A stretch of DNA of 64,000 nt from positions 8,821,612-8,885,611 of the forward strand of contig CM082594.2 in the NCBI GenBank assembly GCA_040954595.2. Reading direction: 5' to 3'. How positions within the stretch are numbered: the first letter of the stretch is position 1; the number at the start of each line of letters is the position of its first letter. Below are positions 50,901 through 64,000 of the stretch, in pieces. The position numbers were made by a program, and so were the translations under genes. This DNA is from Balanoglossus misakiensis. Its lineage: Eukaryota; Animalia; Hemichordata. The notes beneath the pieces are model-generated. The model did not search any database. It saw only the letters and a list, made by a program, of their open reading frames with translations, and was not told the origin of the DNA.

Positions 50901-53900
50901 TTCTCTCCTTGATAGGGGTGGCCCGTATCCCAGCACCTTCATTCTCAGCTCCCACTATCATGATTTACATGCCCCACTTTTTAGGTTATTTGTAGAAGTG
51001 TCCCCCTACTAGTGTAAACAAAGACTCAATCAACCCATCCAAACTTCAGGAGACTTGTTCAGGTCTTGTTATTTTATGTCAAGTGGATGCTGTTGTTTAT
51101 CCCAGACTCCAAACATGAAGTAGAGGATATCAAAATGTTAAAGGTGGAGTCATCCATTCACTTTGTCATAACATTGCAAACAGTAAAAAAAACCCACGTC
51201 AAACCACCTTTTTGTATTTAATGCACTGGTATAGACCTGTTAAAAATATGACTATTCTAATGTAGCATCAATAACTCATATAATGCAAATGACCTTTCTT
51301 GAATCTTAATCTGATTAATTTCCACAGAAATTTTTATTCATAAATTGAGAAATAAGTACTTCCTTTCAGAGTCAATCCAAGGAGAATGTTTTTTCCACGT
51401 CCCCAGTCGGATGATAGATGATATGGTCGTGTTACACCCAACTTCAATTTGTCAAGTACTTGTAGATGCAGATGTATTACACTGTAGACCAGTCGAGAAA
51501 AAAGTCAACAAATCAAAGATAACTGCACTATACGAACGTCATGATAAGGGGGGGGGGATGACAATTCATGGAAGAGTGACTTCTTTCAGTGTCTCAGAAA
51601 GTCCAGTCAAAAGATGGAAGAGCAGAAGAAAGGGAAAGTCCATAATTGAATTGTGTACTAGTGGTGGTTTATCACGTTTTAATACAGCTGTTTAATCTAG
51701 TTGAGTTATTGTGTCTAGACACGATGGCTCCCACATGAACATATACACACACCCCCTGGTAAAGGTAACCCCCTCCAATGGTCACTACCCCCCCCCCCCC
51801 CTGAGGCCCTTAATCTACTCAACCAATGCCAGTGATGTATAAAATGCTGCTACGCTGAATTAAACATTTGTAACCACTTTAATTGAGACATGAGCATCTT
51901 TTATTCTCAATTCAGCTGAGTTATAGTCATTACAGATTTTGCGTTTGTAAATGCAAGACAAAAATAAGATATCAACTTTGGAAACAACTTTCTTGGTCTT
52001 CCATCTTCAGATACAGAAACAAATGTGGTTTTCAAAATTTACCCATTTTGGCTCAACGATTGTATACATTTTCATGGCCAAAGTCTGCACCGTGATTGGT
52101 GCTGATATTTTTGGTAGTCCCATGGCTAGCACTTTGCCGCCAGAAGATAGGGCAGGTGCTTTGCGTGGTGTGTGCACATTCCCCCATTAAGATTGGAGCA
52201 AGTCTCGCCCGGTATCCTAGTAACGGCAGGGATTTGTGATATGACATAAGCTCACGGTGTGTGGCACAACGCCGGTTTTAGACTCAAAAGTTGAGATATC
52301 TTGAAGCAAACTGACAGTTACCTCTGAAGTAGGGGGCATCTGGTTGCATTTATCCTCAAGTACCAAAATAATTTAATCAGTGGTTAATCTCCGTAATATG
52401 AAGTTGGGTACCAGGGGAATATAACATTTTAAGTGGCTTTTTTGACTTTCTCAACGGGTACACGCAAACGCAATGAAACCAAGAAATGAGTTCGGTGCAT
52501 ACGGTGTCCTGTATCATGTTTTAAGTCACAGGTGCTCATAAAAACATAATAATACTTTTAAAATGCCAGCTTTTGTAAATTGATATATCAGAAATTTATG
52601 CAAATCTGACAGGTTGACCTTGCTGGCCCATACCATGTTAAAGCCAATGGTGTCCATGCCCTTTGACCTGAATTAAACCAATTCATAATTGATTTCATAG
52701 TTAACAACATCAACCTGTCATGTACGCACTTGTTGCCATGGCAATACTGAGCAATTCTTCAGTATCTGCAATTCTTGGCCATTCTGTTCGTTGCAAGTAA
52801 TTCAATTAATATTTTAGAAGAAAAATATAGTCTGCAAAATGTTATGGTAGTGTATTCTTGACAAAATGTGGAAAGCATTTTAACTAACCTTTAGTAAGTT
52901 CATTTGAGATCAGTGTAAACCAACAAGATGGGAAATTTTGGAGAAGTAATATCGAAGACAAAATTGAGAGACTCCATGACAGCTGCATAAAGGTGTGCCA
53001 TCTTTAAAAGAAACCACAACTGAAACAACAAATGTTGTTTTGAAACAATTTGCCTATGCTGCTGTTTTTAGTTTATCCCGGTGTTTATTCGTTATCCTTC
53101 CTATAAGACAATAAAAACCACCTTAATGTACACTGGGGTGACCTCAGCAGGGGAAGCGGGGAGAAACCTTGCCTAAAAGTACGCCCAACAGCTGCTTTAT
53201 GAGTTACAGATGTGAAAGTTATATCACTTTGAGAGGGAAATGTTCCCGCCTAAAAGTTGGGCCGTAAATTCTGACTCTGCATGAAATTTCCATATATCAT
53301 ACACAAATTCACTACAAAGGTTTCAATTTTGGTCCAAAATTGCGGCATAATCCATGTTTTATAAACTGTAATCCAACCAGAGTGATTAAAGGGAATTTTT
53401 TTGTGATGTTCAGAAATTTCTGTGAAAGGATATTAAAACTTTTAAGATTGTTAAAGACATGTCAACAATACGTGAAGTATAATGGTGATGTGAAAGTTGC
53501 AGAAATTTAATGCGAAAATTTATGATCTGTATGAAAGTTGAGACCCCTGAAGAAACAGGAGCTGACGAGACAAGCAGTCAATAAACAGAAAGAGTCGTAC
53601 TCAGGTTTGAGGTAACTATCACCGTGTAAAGCTTCAAGTCATGGTGCCTCTCTGTATGGGAAAACTCCAGTAAAATAATAAACAAGGCTTTGATTTCACA
53701 CCGAAGTGACCTATTCTGCCAAAAGTGGACAAGGCGACTTTTATTACCTCCAATGTGGGAAAGACATTAACTTGCTCCTGGCCAATCAGACGGCGGCGTT
53801 TCAGTCGCACACTCAGGTTGGCTGCGCCCCTGTCTTAATTTACAAGGGACCAGAGTGTTCAAATTTATTGCAGAGGTCGTTAAAAAGTTTTAAATGGTCT

Positions 53901-56900
53901 CTAGCACAAATTAGTTGCAATGATGGAATAGAAAGAATGTCTTCAAATTTCACAATTTTTTGTGATAGACTCCATCTCCTATAAATAGAAAATTCAATAA
54001 TGTCAAGATAGGTATCAAAATATAAACTCAATCTGTAAAACACATCACATTGACGCAGATCATATACCACAAAAATAGATCCATGCAACAGGTCTGTCTC
54101 GGTTGTAATGTTTATCCGTTCATTATTTCTCGAAATTGTGATGCGTTATTTTCACCAGCTGAATTTAATAGACACATTATAGGTTACTCATCTCCATTAA
54201 AATGACAAAACAGGCTGAATTTCTCTGGGTGTGATCTGACCTTTCAAAAAGACATCATACAGCGGTGTGGACAGGCGTTAAGCTCTCACGTATCGGGCAT
54301 TAAAAGTGGAAACTTGATCCTCGTCCACTCGCGTCAACCTGTGATCAATTTTTCATATAAAAAACATGGGAGGTGGACCGTAGTGGAAAGATATGCTTGC
54401 CAGCTAGCGTCTCACTCATCCCAGGTATGCGATGAATCCGATGACACAGAACGTATCATATATTTGCGGCATACCTTGCCGACAGCTTTGACAACCACGT
54501 GTCGTACGGGACGCAGCTGAGATTTCTCTTTTTATGAGTTACAGTCTTTAGACCGGGGGAAGTGCGTTTCACCTGTTTTAAAGGTTCTAGGGCTATCAGA
54601 CACTGGATTCCACTTGTGTCTGTGCTGTGTAAGAAGATATCCTCAAAAACCACCTTGGGTTGGTGTCATAGTGCCACTCAGGGTCAGTCGACAGTTACCT
54701 TAGCTGAGTTTTGACACGTAGTCAGGACGGATGTCCCCATCATGCAGAGTTGAAACTTTTCATAAACTTAGATGGACAGATTTGAATGTCATTGCCAGAT
54801 CGAGAAACACTTTGATATCAGATACATGTCAATGTTCAACGAAGGATCAGCTTTCCCACCTATGCACTTTCTGCAGTTCGATCATATCCAAAAGTGGAAC
54901 TGCGACAACAATAAGATATTTATGTCACAGTTTATTTTGTCTTTCTAGAATGAAGAATTAACAATCTGTTGATTGATTCACCTTACAAGAGGTCAGAGAG
55001 CTCACAGTGTGGTCCCTGTTTTGGACGGACATACAGCTGTAATAAAGTCCCAGTACTTGATGTGCACATTCATAAGTTTTGTCGGTATTCTGTCATGGCG
55101 GCCATCATTTCATGGTGACACACCTGTCATTTTGCTGTCACTCCAAATGCCCCAGAAATCACTCAGCTCCCCAGGAATTCTGACTTCTGGTGTTGCATGT
55201 GTGTTCCAACTACATCAAGTTTAACATTTCAGGCATTCTTTCGTATACCCATCATGGTCAAGTCTCTGATCATTTTATATAGCAGTCATTTGGTATACAT
55301 AGAGTAGAATGTGTGTGGCTCATAAAGTCCCCCACAAACCCGGACACCCAAATGCGCAAAACATAACATTTAATTGCATTGGCCTCATCGAAGAAACAAA
55401 AATATTAGGACCGATTTAGTTCACATCATGCATTCACTGTGACTGTTGAGTGATTGACTTTCCATGTCGAACAAAATACACAAATCTGATCCCCTCTAAT
55501 GTTTGATTTTATTGCTGAGTGGAAACCATGTTGGATTTTATTATTTTATATTTTACTTTATATCTTAAATACTGGCATATTAAAAATTCATATTTCAGTT
55601 ATGAGCAAATTTGGAAAATATTTTACACAAATTCTTTCCTTTCACTTCACACCCAACCCTTCATAATTTTAATGGATAATTTTGGAATGTTACTCAAATA
55701 AGTCGGTGTACTTGTTTCTGATCTAGAAATTAATTTTCAGTTTACACTATATGACGCACATTGCAGACTGGACAAATTATCTCTGTTAAGATAGATGATA
55801 TACTGAAATTTGATGTTTTCAATAACTGCAGAAAGTTACCCAGATTTTATCTTCAAATTGGTCAATGACATTTTATCTCGGTGGTATTCACTTTCAATCA
55901 AGTTAGAAAACGATGGCATATCATTCCAGGTGTAACTCTTCAAGGCTGACTTTTGTCAGCTGTCACTTAGAAAGAAAATCCCACGGTTTTCAGAAATCAC
56001 TTTTTTTCTGAAAATAAATCTGCAGAAGATTCTGTAGCACACAAACACAAGTGTTGCAGCAAGTGTACAGTTTTTGACCTGTTGTATAAACAAGAACAGG
56101 ACGCGAGAGTTGGCATCCGTTCCACCTTTCACATCCAAGCATTAGAGAGTTTGGGCGGTAATCTTAACAGCTCGGTACACAGCAGTAAATTATATTGTTT
56201 TAAGTGTGAGAGAAAGCGGGGCGAACTGCCACGTTTTATCTTTACAAGCGGTAGTGGAGGTGATACCGGGTTTTTCTGTGTGTGTTCCAGTCTTTGATTT
56301 GATGGGAATTTATCTCTGTAATAGACCACTAATTGTGCAGGGGTGCCTTTGTTCTCACAGGAAAGAGTAGGGGGAAATGCCGCGACCGGTTGGCAGGCCG
56401 AGATTATGCAGGATTTGTATGGTACCTGAGTGAAGCCATATGACAGACTGACAAACTAGATACACTTCAAGTCAGGAAGTCGGTAGATACACCCAGCACT
56501 TTGCATGCGCAGGTTTTTGATTAGAGTTAATGGAGGAGTTTGGTGTGTATTATCTTTGGGGAAACGTCAGCGGAGTACATTTAATGGTCGGCAGTAACGC
56601 ACGCTGTCTGCGTCATCAAATGAGAATAAAATGACAATTTCTAGTATCAGTGGTAGGTGCTTGTTTTGAAAAACTGGTCTACAAATAAGTAAGACCTTTA
56701 ATTCTGGTAGAACGTGAAGGAGGTCATTCTCAACAACTTCTGGGGATAATTCTACTTATAGAATTCTGGTCATTTACTGGTGGTTGAAATTTTACCAAAT
56801 GTTGTACAATTTTTTCTGTTTTTCTCAAAAAATGTGTTCAAGTGCTGTGCAAGTCTACATGTGCAAAGTTCGGCTCTTGCAGTATCTAATCAGTCTTTTC

Positions 56901-59900
56901 GACTGTACTTCACGAAAAACAGAAACATGTTTTTCTTTCATCTTGACAACAGACCTGGAGACAAGTCAGATCGGCTGCGACTCCCTGGTGAATCTGACCA
57001 GGTCAGATTTTCTTGGATGCCAGCCCAGGTTTGCTTTCCCCCAGACCAGTCCAGGAGTTCTGTCTCCACCGCCTGTCATCATTGTTTCTCACATGGCCAA
57101 ACCAGTGCATTGTCTGCTGACAGACACGTCAAACACCCATAGCACATCCAATCCAGATTGAAGCAGATGATGGTGCATGTTGATCTGGGGTTTGTTTTTC
57201 CCAAACATGGACCTACCCCCTGTTCCGACGAAATGCCACCTTAAAATAATAACAGTACCTGGAACTCGTGAACCAAAGTCCAAACATAGCCACTTGTCAA
57301 GTTTTCCTTCCTTCCTGCACTGATTTAGGTTTCGAAGTTCAACTCAATCAACAATCACCTTGTGCAATAGAATAAAAAAGTTAAACTTATCACTGCCATT
57401 TTTTATTTCTACCTGATAGCATTTTAGAAAAACAAGTTTTATTGAGGAAAATCTTGATTGTTATGTCTCCGAATCTTTTATTTATCTGATCAGAATTGGG
57501 CATGACCAGTTTACTTTCAACACGTCACATGTTTTTGCAGTGCTCTGATTGGTGGCTGGGTTGAATCACCGATATTTGCGCTCCGTGTTTTCTGTCATGT
57601 TTCTGTCACAAGGAATTTTTTCCACCTCAGAGTAGATATAAATAGTTTGAGGTTGTTGACACGACAGCAGTAAAGGTACTGTGAAAGTTTCGCTGGTATT
57701 GTTGAGTATTAAAAGTGATTGTGCGGGTAAAACCTCAAGTTGGACTCTCTCCCAGTCTCTCTCACACTCTCGCAGACTCTCAAGGTTGATGATAACACCG
57801 TTTAATTACCCATCACGAAGTTTGCTCACTGGTCTGCTTCTTTGAGGCGGGGTTTACACAAGACCACATGCCAAGACCCGTTTTTAATTAAGGTGCTAGT
57901 TCCACTTATTTTGCTAATTACCGAAATAACTCTCCCCCGCCTCCAGGTATACTCAGAAAGATGGTTTGCATTTACCAATTTATGATCACTTTGTTGTGCC
58001 CATTCCCTGTTTATGCGACCATGGGTGCCCTTAATCGCTGATTCCAGGATAATTTGTGGTGTATTTTTTCTCTTCTATGACAGTGTTTATGAAAGTGTAG
58101 GCAAATACTTGGTTTTCCCCTCCCACTCTGCCAAACAGACATCAATTCTACCCAGCTGTCTCCTATATCACTCACGACCAACTTTCCATGTTGGGCTTGT
58201 AAATTGTGCACAACTCTGCTTTATTTTCAGAACAATAATAATATTAAGGTTATTGTCAAACCCAAAATGCAGAATTGGTTCCTTGTGAACCAAATGTATT
58301 TTACCCAAATGGGAAATATCAGAACTTTGATGTGACGTAAATGAATTACTAGACTGCGTAAATGTATAATGTTTTGAGGTACAACTCGTAAACTATAGGC
58401 AGTACCTTGCGTTTGGCCCCCAAACTCTTAACACAGAACACCACTCCCCCTCTGCTGTGATAATATTAAATACCTCAAGTCCACGACTGCAGTAAGGTAA
58501 CAAGCTTAATAAACTGGCATGTTGATATTGCACCATCTAAAAAAACCCACCTAGATTTTTTGATCTTTAAGACAGAAATTCCTGGTTTATCAGCAAACTG
58601 CATTTCATACAGGTTTAAACAGATCAGCATGGAGTCCTTGTGGCTTTTGGTCGAACCATGTCAAGAGAGGGGGGTACCTAGATATGCTTTTATCTGGCAA
58701 ATAGTATATTCCTCACATACAATGTCATGCTTATGATAAGTTTCAACCACAAGAAAGGTTTATTCCATCACGATATGCATTCTTTTTAAAAATTGTAATA
58801 TTGATGAAAAAAGCAGTTTTTCCCATCGCGTTTTAAATTGGTCTCACCTTTGCCGCTGTGGTTTCTGCCAAACCTCACCGGCAAACTTCCCCAAGGCGTA
58901 AACAAACGTGGTTTGTAGACTCAAGTTTCTGAATTAATTGACTGGAAAAGAACACTGTGATAAAACAGGGACTTTAAATTGGATGTCTTGTGTAAGCTAA
59001 ATCACATAAACAAAGTTCTCCGCCGGCCACATGGTTATTGTTCTTGTGCGCCAATCACATTCCGGGGCAAATCCCTGGAAATTAGGACCCCAGGTATAAA
59101 GTGGGCCGTTTGATCCCTCCTTGTCGGGGAAGAAAAAGTGATGTGTTCAACATCACATGTTGGAAGGGAAATTACATAACAATTAAGGGAAATTCACAAA
59201 CCTGGAAACTTTAGGGAAAAATATACAGGAACTTGATGCTAGGAATAGTTACAGAACAGATTTCTGTTTCATCTGTGAGATTTATTTGAACACATTGATG
59301 TCACCATTATCATTAAGTCTCTGTGACCTTTCACCTTTGCATTCGTATTTGTTACTTCCCATGATGCATTCATAGCCTAAATTCCGATTAAAAATTACAG
59401 TGTAGATCAAAATTATTCACCGTTGTCTCAATTGTTCAGTATCTTGTAACCTCTTCGGGGGAAATCGGACTACTCTGGGGGGTCTGTTGAAAGTAACAAT
59501 TTGAAACCGACAAATTAACGTTTCTCAGGAAACGAAACTTGTCATTTTGACCGTGAGTTCAGGTGACATCACCAGATGGCATCTCGATGCTTTTAAAAGC
59601 GGCGTGGACACGGACGACCACACTGTGCGTCGGTGGAAGCAGTGAAAGTCAGGTTATTGGCCGCCCGCATTCTCTCACATCAATTTGTAATCTTATCTCC
59701 AATACATTGACGTCAGAACAGGTTCTAGACACGATCCTCCTACAAGGTACATCCATGGTGTTAGACATTCTCTCAAGGTAGTGGGCTGGTCATAATTAAA
59801 ACGATTAAAGAGCCTTCCTCCCTGTGGGTGGGACCTTTAATTTCTCATTTTAACAATTCAAGCAGAAGTCAGTGGGAAGAAAAACAATGCCTGAGATCAA

Positions 59901-62900
59901 AGCTAAATAATGACACAGATAAAACAAATCACGGCTATTAGAATATATGTACATCAATGAGAGAATGAGACTAAGGCACTGAAACCGACCAAGTAACATT
60001 ACACCATTTGTTTCTTCCAAAAGTTCCTCCTGTATGTTTGTGTCAAATAGTTTAGGTTGTTAACTTTTAGCAGAACATATGACTTTCCTGTGTGGAATCA
60101 AAAACACAGGGTGCTAATTGGGTTGATGCGAGGGTCTGCTCTTATAGGTTGCACCTGTCGTACACCTGTTTGAAAAGTGGGTTGAGAAAATAAACACCAA
60201 TCAAAATCATTTCCGAGACAGCTTCAAATAAGCTCTTGAATCTCAGCTGACCAATCATTTGTGATGAACTTTTTTTCCAGAGGTCCACAGTGAACTATTT
60301 GAAAACTTCTACTCAGAAGAGGGAGAGAACAGCGACTTCAAGATCAAAGAAGAACCGTTTTCTGAGAGTGATGAATGCCCTGATGAGGAGGAGGAGGAGG
60401 AGGAGGAGGATTATGATGAAGACTATGATGATGAAGAAGATGGAAATTGGGTAAGTTCAAAGTTCAGAGTTCAAAGTTTGGCAATCTTTACATGGCCACT
60501 TTCTGACCCACAGTGCTTCTTAACTTTGTACTCATGAAATATAAAATGGTTTCCCCCGAACAGTTGAAGTGCAGAAAAGAAAGAACACAGACATAGAAAT
60601 ATTGACATAGAAAGCAGACTATTGGCACAGGAGAATTTTATCAGCACTAGCTCAGCATTTTAAGTAGTTTCAGTTCCAGATCCAGACCTATACAGTCATG
60701 AAGTAATCACTTTCACTATCCAGGTTGATCAGGTGACTGAATATCACTCTGACTGCAGAAAAACTGAAAGTAACTTGGTTGAATTCAGGGAGGAAATACT
60801 CTTATCAGTTCTGCTTTCCAGTTGTTTCTATTACAATAACACAGACATGTAACGTGTTGAATGTTTGTTTGTTATGACAGGTCATCGCTGAGGATGAAGG
60901 AAGTGACGAGGAATTTGATGGAGATGGAAAAGATGACGAATCCATGGATACGGCCAATGAAGAGGATGATCAGAAGATTACCATAGAAACTGGAGATAAT
61001 GTTGATGAAGAAGCTGGGTAAGATGCAATTTCTGGTGTTTAGTAGATGTACATGTATTTACTGTTCTGCTTTCAGATGATATTTACCACTGCTGGATTTG
61101 CTATTTTACATGATTCTACCAGCCATTTTGTTTACAAGTGGAAATGGTGAAATACAGAATGAAATATTAGCAACAGGCAGTTAAATTTAAACCAAATGTT
61201 TAATACCCAGCAAGAACAGGTGTTGTGAAGAATTGGAACCATATGTTCAGAGATCTGAATATTATTATACCATTGATAACATTACCCTACATATATATAC
61301 CGGTATTTGGGGGGGGGGGGGGAGTTACCCTTAGTTACCCAATCTTTGGTATATCCTATTGTTTACAATGATGTGGTTAGAACTACCGGTATACACCAAA
61401 CAGTGGGGTGAATTATTGCATAATTAAAACAAAGTACTTGGCCTAATTCTGTATCGGTAGACTAGGGAGTCAGATTCGAGGATATCAGTTTGCATCTTGG
61501 GTAAAAGTCACCTACTTCTGCCAGTGACAATCTAGTGAACACACCCATCATTGTGATAGAACATCTTGGGGGGTTTTGGTCATCGATGAGGGGGGTGGGG
61601 GTACTCGTTGCCTGTTTAACAGGTCAGATTATCATATCTGCACATGCATTAATTTTGTTCAGGGAAAATTCAATTGAAGTATACCCACAACCTCTTCCCA
61701 CAGAGTTGTAAATTCGTCTGTCACCCAACTGTTCAGCCAGTGACAACAAACCATGGGATGCTCAGAATAGCCATTTGGCCGCTGCATATATTTACATAAG
61801 TTTCATACATTAACATAAATTAGCATAATGTGGCATCACCTTGCTTGGCTGGAGTTGCCTTTGTTCTGGTTAGGTGCTGACTGTTTTACAATAAGACAAA
61901 TTTTAGCATGAAAATGGACCCACAGCAGATGTGCCTGGTGGTGTTAATCTCCAACTTGACACATGGTTCATTTTAAATAAATAAAATCAGGGACTCACTT
62001 TCCCATCAAAGGCAAATTAAAAGTGTAAAATGATTGCTTCAATCAGAACTGTTAATGACTACATGCTGGAAGAACACTTTTGCCTGGCAGGGCTGTGTGT
62101 CTTGCTGAGTTGTGTGGATTTATGCTGCAAACATTTTATATCAGTTCCTTAATTTAGAGCATTTAATGTCATTGACCTGCCCATTAATTTGACCATGAAT
62201 TATTTTTTAATCAAAAGGTTTGTTTTGCTTTCCCCAGTGCAAGTGACCTCCCAGGCAGACCTGAAATTCTCATTTACTTAAATACTTTGCTTTCCATGAT
62301 TTCAAGTTTTGTTGGATGATAAGGAAAATAGCTACCGTCTACTGGGCAGAATAAAATTTATGAAAACTCAGTCGTAATGAGGTTGATAAAATGTTGGGTT
62401 GACCGTCTGAATGGGAATGGCCAAGCATTGTGATATCCCATGAGACCACCACTTTTTGCCTCTTGGTGGCGCTGGTCACGAAACAGCCAAGTTGTTAAAT
62501 CTAAGAGGGCGACATTCACAATCTACACTTTATAATAGCTTGTATTGTTTCAATTATTTCAAAATCAAACCTAAACTTGGAATTTATACTCACAGTGTTT
62601 AACCACAGAATGATGTTATAGAATTCATCATAAGTCAATAATCACATGCAGCAAAAAGGGAAAACCTTCTAAATGACCACTGTTTCTAAACTCGTAGTCT
62701 TTCTTCTCTCCTCATTTTCCCAGTGACAATAAAGATAAAGACGATGATGATGCATCTGGTGAAGGTGGCAGTTCACAATATGGATGGAGTTACACATACA
62801 GTAAGTCATAAAATTATTTATAAAAAAATGAACTAGTACAATAGTTATCAACATTATTTGACAAGTGAGTACATGTACATGTAATATGTTTTACATTCAT

Positions 62901-64000
62901 TTACACATGCATGTGTTTTTCTATGTTTTATTTCAGAAGATGGACGTCCTATGTGTAGATATTGTGGCAGATCTTTCATGAGTATTGGAGGTTTGAAGAT
63001 CCACTCACATCGTTGCAGAGAAGAGAAAGCCAAGAGAGTCAAAGAACAAAAGGCGTCAAATCCTGAAGTTCAGTGCTGGAAGTGCAAAGCCATATTTTCT
63101 ACAAGAAGTTCCATGAAACGACACGAGAAGAAGTGCGGAAAGTTATACTTCCGATCTCGGCCGATGCGCGACATGGGGACCACCCGCTGCAATTACTGCA
63201 AGAAAGAGTTCCTGACTCGTTCTCTGATGAAACACCTGTCCCGGTGCAAATGGCTGACCAATTCGCAGCTGCAGATGCAGTATCGTCGGGTGATTCTCCC
63301 GAAAGGTTCAGACCCCGGGAGGGCGGAAATCGCACCCGCCAACCCGTCGCCGACCAGCACGACTGCACCCAGTGCAGCCACTTCAGTCGCTCCGGCACCC
63401 ATCAAGATCGCCCCGGCTCAACCAGCAACCTCCCCTGCGGCGGCCAGTAGCGTGCAGAGTCCACCTGCCCAGCAGCCAATAGCAGCAGCCATTCCCCAGT
63501 TACCACCTGCTGTGGTGATGACTGCAGCCCCGGGTTCACAGCCACCGCAGTTGCAGTACATCATGCCGGTCATGAGCACTGGGATGTCATCGCCGGGGAA
63601 TTCGACAGCGCCCATATTCATGGTCGCTAACGTCGGTGCAAACGTCCCACCAGGTTCTGTAATAGCTGGCAACGTAGTACCAGCAAGTTCCAGTGTTACA
63701 AACATCTTGCCCAGCGGCATACCAGCCTCTGGGGTGACCACCTTAGTTCCTGTCAGTATGGTTTCAACCACCATGGCAAACGTGCCCCCGAATGTAGCAG
63801 TCACCCGTGCCCTCTCCAGTGGTGCTGTTGTCATGCCTACCACCCCTGCCACCAACATTGCAGCGACCAGTGTTACAAACGTCCTGCCGGCAAACGGAAC
63901 TGCAACTCCCACACCGGCTGCCAGCGCAAGTACAGTTGCAGTTCAAGCTGCCAACGTAACTGGAGCTGCAGCAAACGCGAAGTCACCTACAGGGCCTGCT
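47956..64000 (+). CDS. Uncharacterised zinc-finger protein: N-terminal MSRRKQ NuRD motif, acidic region, three CCHC fingers, P/A/T/V-rich region; 3' truncated
   Basis: Exons 47956-47995 (MSRRKQAAPRPIK, C|gtaagt), 60281-60450, 60881-61017 and 62937->64000 (open to window end). Exons 1-3 join in phase; the 61017-62937 junction needs a small unresolved exon. Linking exon 1 to exon 2 across 12.3 kb is inferred from phase only. Confidence 0.75.
60281..60450 (+). CDS. Acidic exon of the zinc-finger gene (IKEE SUMO consensus, poly-E from a (GAG)n run)
   Basis: ttttttccag acceptor, TGG|gtaagt donor; VHSELFENFYSEEGENSDFKIKEEPFSESDECPDEEEE... Confidence 0.82.
60881..61017 (+). CDS. Second acidic exon of the zinc-finger gene
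   Basis: gacag acceptor, GG|gtaaga donor; VIAEDEGSDEEFDGDGKDDESMD... Confidence 0.8.
62937..64000 (+). CDS. Large exon with three CCHC zinc fingers and a low-complexity region (runs off window)
   Basis: tttcag acceptor; CRYCGRSFMSIGGLKIHSHRC, CWKCKAIFSTRSSMKRHEKKC, CNYCKKEFLTRSLMKHLSRC, then YRRVILPK, PIKIAPA and A/P/T/V-rich sequence; missing from the ORF track because there is no stop in the window. Confidence 0.88.

Noticed and set aside
640-52745. Numerous RFX-like CCATGGTAAC / CCTAGCAAC motifs as a cilia-specific signal
   Set aside because: They occur across all four genes (e.g. 28018, 29285, 32375, 52732), so they are not specific to SPMIP4.
63073-63946. Track ORFs 63073-63450 (+) and 63099-63946 (-)
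   Set aside because: Wrong-frame or antisense shadows; the real frame encodes the CCHC fingers and runs off the window.
47956-64000. Naming the + strand gene FOG/ZFPM, SALL, ZNF423 or ZNF438
   Set aside because: Only short motifs are shared, and finger spacing and sequence do not match well enough to assign a symbol.
1-64000. CRISPR arrays, rRNA/tRNA genes, intact transposase or reverse transcriptase ORFs
   Set aside because: None seen; eukaryotic spliced-gene context.

Overview
Intron-rich, AT-rich metazoan genomic DNA, most consistent with an invertebrate deuterostome (inferred from protein sequences, not proven). Four protein-coding genes were reconstructed by hand from GT-AG splice sites and reading phase. 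(1) A + strand C7orf31/SPMIP4 homologue (ciliary/sperm microtubule inner protein), exons 4391-13419, 5' exon not located. (2) A complete - strand TBC1D5 (Rab7 GAP), CDS 24354-17764 in 15 coding exons, ~803 aa, with a promoter near 28.9 kb carrying a perfect CLEAR box. (3) A complete - strand ZEB/zfh1 zinc-finger homeobox gene, CDS 47386-32502 in 5 exons, ~1091 aa, with a putative ~3.3 kb 3'UTR holding two 8mer miR-8/miR-200 sites. (4) An unnamed + strand acidic/CCHC zinc-finger gene starting at 47956 and running off the right end. The most striking feature is that genes 3 and 4 sit head-to-head with only 569 bp between start codons, and each begins with a tiny first coding exon encoding an RRKQxxPR NuRD-recruitment motif. 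Most entries in the supplied ORF track are intronic noise or antisense shadows. All homology calls are from recalled sequences; no searches were run.
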